DNA of 64,000 nucleotides, taken from assembly GCF_009914755.1 (NCBI RefSeq), contig NC_060941.1; one strand, 5' to 3'. Below, in pieces: positions 54,853 to 64,000 of the stretch. A model generated the notes under the pieces. It saw only the letters and a program-made list of their open reading frames with translations. It ran no database searches and had not been told where the DNA came from. Positions within the stretch are counted from its first letter, which is position 1. Every line of letters begins with the position of its first letter. The position numbers and the translations under genes were made by a program. The DNA is from the human T2T-CHM13v2.0 reference genome, Homo sapiens.

Positions 54853-55325
54853 TAAATCTTGCAAAACAATAATACTTTACTACTTCTAAGGCTTAATATG
54901 TTAGTTATCTAGGATATATGGATATATATATTTATATTCTCTTATAGATAGTTTTTGTCATTCATATGCAATTCTCTAAGCTCTTTGATTAGTCTACTAA
55001 AAGAAAGTGAAGATTGGCTTAAACGTAATTTTTTTTTCTAACTCTTACAACGTACCGTGTATGTCTGTTATATTTTGAAAACCAATTTTAATGTGTTGGC
55101 TGTCTGTTCATTATTGATAGAAACAATTTCTTGCCTTTACTACATCACTCAGGGGATCTTGGATCTTAGTTCAGGAACAGTGTTTTGCTGGGCCAGCTTC
55201 ATGTGTGATCATGTCACTATTTTAAAATATATTTGCTGATAATACAGTCTTATGTACAGCTGTCCTCAAGAGCTAGCCAACAACTGTCTCATCAGGATGG
55301 GTTTTCCATCTTCTTCTTCTTCCAG

Positions 55326-55455
55326 CACCTTTTTCTTCCTTCCATGATATAGATATATTGATCATGAGGAGAGGGCTCACCCCTCACCCGGAGAAGTAGT
55401 TGGGGAAGCAATATGCGGAAACAAAGCCATGAATCTGACAAGAAATGTACTTAAG
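55326..55455 (+). other. Candidate 130-nt exon (non-coding or 5'UTR with late ATG)
   Basis: Acceptor ttttccatcttcttcttcttccag|, consensus donor AAG|gtaagt; stops in all three frames; gccATG opens MNLTRNVLK up to the donor. Confidence 0.4.
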
Positions 55456-56789
55456 GTAAGTAATAAGATTGGGTTGCATTTTTATGATGTGCTACAAAAA
55501 AAATGTCCTCAAAAAATCTAGCTCTGGAAGCCAACCATTATTCACTTTGGGGGAGCATGCCATGCAAAAGATCTCCTGGTTTTGGGAAATCACACAGTGA
55601 CCTATGTTGTTTCTGCTGCCTACCGAGGAACACGGACGCAGCTTCAGTCTAAGAAAGAACGTTCAATTGAGGCAGTCACTTTCTCTGGGCCAAATTACAT
55701 TCTTCATAATCTCCCAAGTGTTATATTTAATTTACATTTGAAATAGAAAATATGTGAACATAGACTTTGGCTCACGAATTATTTCAGTTTTCTGAATTCA
55801 GGAGAATGTGCTTGTTGAAGCAGATGTTTCTGAATTTTATTTTATTACTGAAATTTCCACAAATATAAATCATTTAAAAATACATGATTTAAGAGTTTAA
55901 TAACCTGAAAATGACCACCCAGCAAAGTTTTTGTATCTTTCCTCAGCATTTCTGATCATGTGTTTTCAAGAAAGCATTGAATTTTTTAGCAAAGCTTCTC
56001 ATGCAGATAATCTCTTAAAGGTTTAAATCTCTTACGGAGCATAAGAAAAATAAACTATTTTTTGACTTCAATCTAAATGGAATTCTGTACTCTTCACAAG
56101 CCCCTGAATATTTCATAACTCTGAAAGATGCAAATGTAAATTTCCTATGAATCCCGATTTTATTCAAAGATTGAAGCCCTATCACCTCACTTAGAACAAA
56201 TTTCATCCATTAACAACTATCTTGCAGGTAAAGGGAAGCCAAATATAAGTAAAGTACTAACAAGGCCAATTACGTTCAGGTGCATGGATGATTAATCATA
56301 AAATTCACAACGGAGGACACTCTGTGGGTAAGGAATATGATTCCTTTTTGCAAATAATGTGGTATATGTATATATTTTTCTTCTCTTCTCCTTTCACATG
56401 CACTGTTTAGATTGTATATATGGAGATGAATACCCATTGTCCTTTGCACTTTCTGGATGATAAATTAGAAAAGAAAAATCCAAAGAATGAAGTTGTGCTA
56501 TTTGTCCTCACTTCTGATTTGGGAAACTAGAGGAAATTAAGATGGTTAGTATTGCTATGATTTTTTTCCCCCTGAACCCTAGGAAATAGGAATTTAAAGT
56601 CCTTAAATATATTTTCTATAATCAACAAATTATAAAGTTATTTTCACTAATCTTTTTGAAAATACAAATATAAGCCAGAGGTTCTTATTCATGGCTCATT
56701 TCTCAGGACTTCATAAGACCATGAAGCACAGTGAAACCCATATATTGAATAGGTCTCATGCAATCTGCCTGCATTGACTAAACCAAACC

Positions 56790-57910
56790 CACTCATTCAA
56801 ACTTTATCAAATATTTTTTATCCTTTACCATGTACCAGAAACAGGACAAGGGACGCAGAATATAGAGGTGAACCAAAGAAACAGTTCTTGTCCTCAAGAA
56901 GCTTATATTTTAGTGTAGCAGACAGAGGCACAAAGAATGTAAACCAATAAAGAGAAAAAGATAATTTAGATGGCAGTAAGTTATATAAGGAAAATTAAAC
57001 AAGGCAATGGGATAGAAAACAATGACCAAGATGTAGAGAAAACTTTGGCTTGGGCTGTCAGGGCGTGACACTCACTAGAGAGATTCCATCTGAGCTGAGA
57101 TATAATAAATAAAAATGATCTAAACATGTCGATTCAGGGAAAGACTACTTCAGGAATTGTAATCACAAAATCCTATTCCTAAGATAGGAATGGGCTGGGT
57201 GTCCTTGATTTAGAGAAGAAAATCAAAGTGCGTACTCTAGGAAGTAAGATTAGGTCCTGCTAGGGACTGAACCGTGTTTCTTAAAAATGTGTATGTTGAA
57301 GCCCTCATCCGCACTGTTACTGCATTAGAGATATGGCCTTTAAGGAGGTAATTAAGATTAAATGAAGACTAAGAGCAGGGCACTAATCTGATATGATGGG
57401 TGTTCTTATAAGAAGAGACACCAGATCTCTCTCTCTCTCTCTCTCTGTCTGTCTTTCCATGCACAGGGAAAAGACCATGTGAGGACACAGTGAGAAGGAG
57501 ACCATATGCAAAGCAGGAAGGAAGATCTCACTGGAACCAAAAACCAGCCCTGCTGGCACCCTGATCTTGGACTTCTAGCCTTTCTCAGAACTGTGAGAAA
57601 ATAAATTTCTGATGTTTCAGCCACTCAGCCTGTGGTCGTTCGTTATGCAACCCTAGCAGACAAACAGGGACCTAGCTTAAGAACTGGTTAAAAATGAGGC
57701 CAGTGAGGAATTTGATACTCTATGGTTGGGAAAGTTTGATTTATTCTAAGTGCAATGGAATGGAGCTGGGGATATAAATTTTGGATTTACTGGCAGGTGA
57801 AACATATTTTAAAATAGACTAAAATTAAATTTCCTAAGGACAGAATGTAGACAGAAAAGAATCAAGGTTTTATGACCAAGATCCAAGTCACTCCAATATT
57901 TAGAGTTCTC
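56790..57910 (-). mobile_element. L2 LINE, split by MLT1A
   Basis: actcattcaa..aaatatttttt..ccatgtaccag..ttgtcctcaagaagcttatattttagtg..ccatctgagctgagat; resumes ttattctaagtgcaatgg. Confidence 0.7.
57258..57666 (+). mobile_element. MLT1A/A0 solo LTR
   Basis: tatgttgaagccct..ggcctttaaggaggtaattaag..ccatgtgaggacacagtgagaagg..ctgctggcaccctgatcttggacttc..gaactgtgagaaaataaatttct. Confidence 0.9.
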
Positions 57911-57914
57911 CCAA

Positions 57915-60062
57915 GCATTTAAAGAAGGCTTACACTGATTCTATGTAGCATCTTCCAAAAAATAGAAATTTTTCACGGCATCTTTCCAAGTCATTATATG
58001 AGGCCAAAATTACCTTGATATTTTAACCAAAGACAGTACGAGAGAAAAAGCTATAGATCAATATCTCACATGAACTTAGACATAACATTTCTAAACAAAA
58101 TATTAGCAACTTGAATCCAGAAATATGTAAAAAAGAATTATGCAACATAGCCAAGTGGGATCTATTCCAGGTATGCAATGCTTTTAAATGTTTGAAAAAA
58201 AGTCAATATAATCTACCATATTAACAGGCTAATCACATGATCATATCAGTTGATGAAGATCAAATCTATGACAAAATTTAACACCTATTTATAATTTTAA
58301 AGAACCTCTCTAAAAATAAAAAATAGAAGGAAATATCCTCAAATTGATAAAGATCATTTACAGAAAACACAAAAGCTAGCATTACACTTAATGGTGAGAA
58401 TCTGAATTAGTTCCCCCTAAGATCAGGACCAGGCAAAGATGTTTGCTATCATCACTCTCATTCCATATAGTGCTGGAAGTTCTCACTGGTGCAATAAGGC
58501 ACACAGTGGAAATAAAGACACTGAAATTTGTGTTAGTTAATTTTGTGTTGCTATAACGGAATGCCACAGAATGGATAATTTATTAAGAAAATTGTTTATT
58601 TCTTACAGTTTTGGAGGCTCAGAAGTTCAAGGTGCAGGGGCCCACATCTGGTGAGGGCCTTCTTGCTGTATCATCCCATGGCAGAAGGCAAAAGGGCAAG
58701 AGTACAAGATAGAAAGAGAAAGAGGGATGGGGGAAGGTTGATATGAGGGAGCCAAACTCATCCTTTTTATCCAGAGTCCACTCCTGAGATAATTAAGTCA
58801 CTTCCGCAATACATCATTAATCCATTCAGAGCCCTCATGACCTAATCACCTTTTAAAGGTTCCACTTAACGCTGTTGCACTGGGGATTAAGTTTCCAATA
58901 CAAAAACTTTGGGGGATGCATTCAAACTATAGCCAGTTTGAATGGAAAAAAATTTAACTGTTTCTATTTCAAATGACCTAATTGTATACATAGAAAATTC
59001 CAGGCAATCTTTTAAAAACTCCCAGAACTAATGTATAAGTTTAGCAAGATCATAGGATCCAAGACCAACACACAAAAATCAATCATATTTTTATACGCTA
59101 GCAATGAATATGTGGAAAACACAATTAAGAATACAAGACTATTTACAATTATTTCAAAAAAGAGAGAAATAATTAGATACAAATCTAATGTACACATAGG
59201 TCCTCTATGCCAAAAATGACAGAACCCAAAGGAACAAATGCAAAGGACCTTTAAATAAATGGAGAGATGACTTTGTAATGGATAGAAAGATTCAACATAA
59301 TAAAGATGTCAATTCTCTCCAACTTCATCAACAGGGGCAATTCAATTCATATCAAAATTCCAAAAAAATTTTTTTGCAGATATAGTAAAATTTATTTTAA
59401 AATTTATATCTCAAGGCACAGGCCATGGACTAAGTAAAATTATTTTGAAATTGAATAAAGTTGGGTAGATTATTATATCCAATGTTAAGACTTAATATAT
59501 GGCTACAATAATCAAGAGAGTGTGATATTGGTTGGGGGAATAGACTCATAGATCAATGGAACAGAAGAGATAACCCGAAACTAAACAACACAAATATGCC
59601 CAGCTGATTTTTGCAAAGGTTATAAAAGCGGTTCAGTGGAAGAACAGTTCTTTCAACAGATGATGTTAAAGCAATTAGATGTCCAAGGGCAAATAATTGA
59701 GTCTCAACCTAAACCTAATACTTCATTCAAAAATTAATTCAAAGTGTATTATAGATTTAAATATAAATGTAAAACTAAAAAACTTTAGCATAAAACAAAG
59801 AAAAATTTTAGGAAGTAGGGCTAGATGAGAAGATCTTAGATATGACACCAAAAGCACAACTCATAAGAGAATATAATTACTCTATTGGACTTCATAAAAA
59901 TTAAAAACTTTTGCTCTGTGAAAGACTACATTTAGAGAATGAAAAGTTAATCTAAAGTTAATCTACAGACTAGAGGAAAATATTTGCAAATCACAAGATT
60001 CAACATAGGGCTTCTACTTAGAATATATAAAGAGCTCTCAAGCTGAACATTAAAAGAAAAAT
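57915..60062 (+). mobile_element. L1M ORF2 (RT and downstream) fragment, degraded, split by an MST LTR
   Basis: aaatattagcaacttgaatccag..ccaggtatgcaa..cacatgatcatatcagttgatg..ccccctaagatcagg..aaagatgtcaattctc..gatcaatggaacagaa. Confidence 0.85.
58529..58934 (-). mobile_element. MSTB/MSTC-type solo LTR
   Basis: tgtgttagtt..tgttgctataacggaat..cagttttggaggct..catctggtgagggccttcttgctg..gggattaagtttccaa..cattcaaactatagc. Confidence 0.88.
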
Positions 60063-60067
60063 AAGCA

Positions 60068-60172
60068 GGCTGGTCTGAAGATAGCGAAGTATCTCAATTG
60101 ATTGTTCACAGTTCGTTAAGGATCTTACTCTTTGTTCTACAATTCCCCCCTTCTCACTACTGCACTTGACTA
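60068..60172 (+). pseudogene. RNY1: Y1 RNA (RNY1-derived) retropseudogene
   Basis: ggctggtctgaagatagcgaagtatctcaattgattgttcacag..tccccccttctcactactgcacttgacta matches hY1 with multiple substitutions; A-rich tail; flanks aaataagca/aaaaagca. Confidence 0.92.
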
Positions 60173-60221
60173 ATAAAAAAGCAATTAAATTAGAAAATTT
60201 ATAAACAAAATTAACAAAAGA

Positions 60222-61322
60222 TTTTTAACTGGGGAGAGATGATATCTCATTTTAGTTTTGATTTGCTTTTCTCTGATAATCAATGATGTTGAATGCGTTT
60301 TCACATGCCTGTTTGACATTTGTATGTCTTCTTTTGGGCAACGTCTATTCAAATCTTTTGCCCATTTTTTAAATCAAATTATTAGATTTTTTCCTGTAAA
60401 ATTGTTTGAGCTCCTTATATATTCTAATTATTAATCCCTCATCAGGTGGGTAGTTTGCAAATAATTTCTCCCACTCTGCACATTGTCTCTTCACTTTGTT
60501 TATTGTTCCCTTCATTCTGCAGAAGCTTTTAAACTTGATTTGACCCCACTTGTCCATATCCAAAAGACAGGCAATAACAAATGCTGGTGAGGATGTGGAG
60601 AAAAGTGAATGCTTGTACACTGTTTGTGGGAATATAAATTAGTATAACCACTCTGAAGAATAGTTTGGAGGTTCCTCGAAAAATTAAAAATAGAGCTACC
60701 ATATGATCCAGCAATACCATTCCTAGGTATATGACCAATAGAAGGGAAATCAATATATTGAAGAGATACCTGCACTCCCATGTTAGCTGAAACACCGTTC
60801 ATAATAGCCAAGATTTGGAAGCAATCTAAGTGTCCATCAATAGATGAATGGATAAAGAAAGTGTGGTACTTATACACAATGGAGAATTATTTAGCCACGG
60901 AAAAGCATGAGATCCTGTCATTTGCAACAACATGGATGGAACCGGAGATCATTATGTTAAGTGAAATAAGCCAGGCACAGAAAGACAAAGATCACATGTT
61001 CTCACTTATTTGTGGGAGCTAAAATTTAAAACGATTGAACTCGTATACATAGAGTGTAGAGGATGGTTACCAGAGGCTGGGAAGGGTAGTTGGGGTTGAT
61101 AGGGAAGATGAAAATAGCTAATGGGTTAAAAAAAATGAAAGAATGAATAATACCTGGTAGTTGATAGCAAAACAGGGTTACTATAGTCAAAATAATTTAA
61201 TTGTATATTTTCAAATAACTAAAAGAATGTAATTGGATTGTTTGTAACACAAAGGATAAATGCTTAAGGAGATGAATACCCCATTTACCCTGATGTGATT
61301 ATTATATGCATTGCATACCTGT
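60222..61322 (+). mobile_element. L1MA2-like 3' portion with 5' inversion (60222-60555 antisense)
   Basis: Antisense piece begins ttttaactggggagagatgatatctcatt; sense piece begins atatccaaaagacaggcaataacaaatgctgg; 3'UTR aattggattgtttgtaacacaaaggataaatgctt. Confidence 0.88.
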
Positions 61323-62003
61323 CATCTGGATGTCCAAGCAGAAGTTTGCTGCAGAGGTGGGGCCTCATGAAGAACCTCTGCTAGGGCAGTGTGGAAGAGA
61401 AATGTGGGGTTGGATGCCCCAGAGTCCCCACTGGGGCACTGCCTAGTAGAGCTGTGAGAAGAGAGCCACCATCCTCCATACTCCAGAACGATAGATCCAC
61501 CAACAGCTTGCACTATGCGCCTGGAAAAGCTGCAGACATTCAACACTAGCCCCTGAAAGCAGCCAGGATGGGGGCTGTATCCTGCAAAGCCACAGGGGAG
61601 GAGCTGCCCGAGGCTGTGGGAGCTCACCTCTTGTATCAGCATGACCTGGATATGAGACATGAAGTCAAAGGAGATCATTTTGGAGCTTTAAGATTTAATG
61701 ATTGCCCCTTGGGATTACAGACTTGCATGGAGTCTTAGCCCTTTTGTTTTGGCCAATTCCTCCCATTTGGAACAGGTATATTTACCCACTGCCTGTACCC
61801 CCATTATATCTAGGAAGTAACTCACTTGCTTTTGATTTTACAGACTCATAAGTGGAAGGGACTTGCTTTGTCTCTGATGATACTTTGGACTGTGAACTTT
61901 TGAGTTAATACTGAAATGAGTTAAGACTTTGGGGGACTGTTGGGAAGGCATGATTGCTTTTGAAATGTGAGAACATGAGATTTGGGAGGGGCCAGGGGCT
62001 GAA
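61323..62003 (+). mobile_element. THE1-int, 3' part
   Basis: ctggatgtccaagcagaagtttgctgcag..ccccactggggcactgcctagt..gtcaaaggagatcattttggagctttaag..gggaggggccaggggctgaa (polypurine tract). Confidence 0.92.
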
Positions 62004-62359
62004 TGATATGGTTTGGTTGTGTCCCCACCCAAATCTCACCTTAAATTGTAATAATCCCCATGTGTCAAGGGTGGGGCCAGGTGGAGATAACTGGATCATG
62101 GGGGCGGTTTTCCCCATACTGTTCTCATGGTAGTGAATAAGTCTTACGAGTCTGATGGTTTTATAAATAAGACTTCCCCATACAAGCTCTCTTTTGCCTG
62201 CCACCATGTAAGATGTGACTTTACTCCTCATTTGCCTTCCGCTATGATTATGAGGGCTCCCTAGCTATGTGGACCTGTGAGTCCATTAAACCTCTTTCCT
62301 TAATAAATTACCCAGTCTTGGGTGTGTCTTTATTAGCAGTGTTTGAACAGACAAATATA
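62004..62359 (+). mobile_element. THE1C-like 3' LTR
   Basis: tgatatggtttgg..tgtaataatccccatgtgtcaagggtggggccaggtggagataa..gtgagtccattaaacctctttcc..ttattagcagtg. Confidence 0.92.
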
Positions 62360-62475
62360 CAAGCACATATTTTTATTTTTGTTTTTTTTTTTTGTGGGGG
62401 GAAAGTTTTAGTTCACAAAAAAAAAAAAAAAATCCCAGAAACAGAATTTAAAGAGAAAAGCAGAATGACCTTAAA

Positions 62476-62838
62476 AATATATGTGTATTTATATATATGT
62501 GTGTGTGTGGGTGTGTATATGTGTGTGTGTAAAATATACATATACACACACATATGTGACTTGTCTTGGATATCAGCTTTTAATTATATATATGTATATA
62601 TACCCATGCTAATATCCATGCTATGTAATACACTATATATAGTGTATTTTATATATATAGTGTATAATATATATAATACATATATAGTGTATATATTATA
62701 TATAGTGTATATATTATATGCAGTGTATATATTATATATAGTGTATATATTATATGCAGTGTATATATATAGTGTATATATTATATATATAGTGTACATA
62801 TTATACACTATACACTATATATAGTGTATAATATAGTG
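62476..62838. repeat. AT-rich (TA/TG)n and ~20-bp-unit minisatellite
   Basis: Repeated atatagtgtatatatt / atatgcagtgtatatatt units. Confidence 0.92.
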
Positions 62839-64000
62839 TGGATATTAGCTTTTAATTAAGTTGAGTTTTAACCCTAAAATTCTTTAAAACATCTTTTCAA
62901 GTATCTTATTACCCGATTTTAGCCAAGATAAACAGCTGATATTTCTGGCCTTTGCACAAAATCCAGAACCATTCTAAAGACAGTTTAAAGAAAGGAAAGT
63001 TTCACCAGCTACAAATGGAGTACAACTCATATGTCTCTCCAGCCATCTTTTCTAGGGGTCTCAGCTTCTCAGCTGTTCATCTACACACAAAGGCCCCAAA
63101 ACATCGTGTGCCTCCCACAGATGGAAGAAGATGGGAAATCAAATACTGTCCAAGGAAGGAAAAAAGATTAATAATGAATTGGTATCCCAAGAGTCACACA
63201 AATATCAAATCAAGAGGGACTAATTCCCTGAGCAGGAAGCTAACCTAAGCCACAATGGGAATTGTAACCAACAGACTACAAAATGGAGCAGTGTCCACTG
63301 TGAACGTTGCATGGAATCCAAAGTGGCCTGTGTGAGTGTAACTTTGTTTTACCTCAGATTTTGCTATTTAATTTAGTTGAAAGAATTTTTAAGGTTTGCC
63401 ATGACACTAATATGATTCTTTTAATACTATCTTCCCATTGTTTGGAATAAGGGATCTCTAAAATTTTATTTTATTTTATTTTATTTCTCATTTTTAGGAG
63501 TCTAATTTAAGGAATGGATCTTTTAGCCATTGAATTTTGAATGGTGTACTTAACTCCAATAGCAACTCAATCCAATACCCTTTCTCAGAGAAGAAGTGAT
63601 TCCAAAGATCAAAGATTCCCCCATTTTCCCAGAAATAGGCTGAGAGAGTGAAACATTCTTTTTGCTATAGACAGTTAAAAATGGTGTTTTCCTCCTGTAC
63701 CCCGAAATTTGTTGGGGGCTGTGAGTCACAGACCAGTTAATCTGTCACATTGGGTAGGCCCTCCTGTGATTAGACTTGCTCAGCACTAACCAGGCAGCAC
63801 AGGTCAAGATGACAAAAGCCCCTTTATGAATGGCACTTCTTATGACAAACTCCCAAGAGCTTGACACGCTTGAAACAGAAAAAGTCACGGATTCCCAGCC
63901 ATTTTCAGACTGGCCACCTGACCTGACCCAGAAATCATGCCCCACGGATGGTGGGAACCAACAGAGAAAGCGCTCACTTGATCACAGGTCGAGTTCTTAA
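62839..64000 (-). mobile_element. ERV1-class (MER4-group-like) internal/leader sequence, running off the window end
   Basis: agcttttaattaag..ttttagccaagataaacagctgatatttctggc..ctcagcttctcagctg..ccaagagtcacaca..ttttcagactggccacctgac; subfamily uncertain. Confidence 0.55.

Noticed and set aside
57915-61022. L1 ORF2-like peptides (e.g. 60780-61022)
   Set aside because: Fragments of dead, frameshifted L1s; not a functional CDS
62267-62824. 185-aa Tyr/Ile-rich ORF
   Set aside because: Translation of a TA-rich repeat

Overview
AT-rich, CpG-poor primate (very likely human) genomic DNA of intronic/intergenic character. No protein-coding gene can be supported. The listed ORFs derive from Alu, L1, MaLR or microsatellite sequence, or are chance ORFs. 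A large share of the window is layered transposon remains: about a dozen Alus, L1PA/L1MA/L1MB fragments (three with inversions), L2, MIR, many MaLR/ERVL LTRs (THE1, MST, MLT1, MLT2), an ERV1-type internal segment, the DNA transposons MER5, MER20, MER58A, MER91A, Tigger3a and MADE1, and a Y1 RNA retropseudogene. The main anomaly is a perfect 399-bp head-to-tail tandem duplication (35232-36029) of unique, motif-rich sequence carrying a candidate 85-nt exon. Other notable items are an old ~290-bp duplication whose second copy holds a THE1D LTR with its TSD, a template-switch hairpin inside an Alu, two oppositely oriented GAA/GGA tracts, an ER8 nuclear-receptor palindrome and several candidate non-coding exons. 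Repeat subfamily names come from recalled consensus sequences and need RepeatMasker/Dfam confirmation. I cannot identify the locus or host gene, and I see no evidence of a novel multi-gene system.
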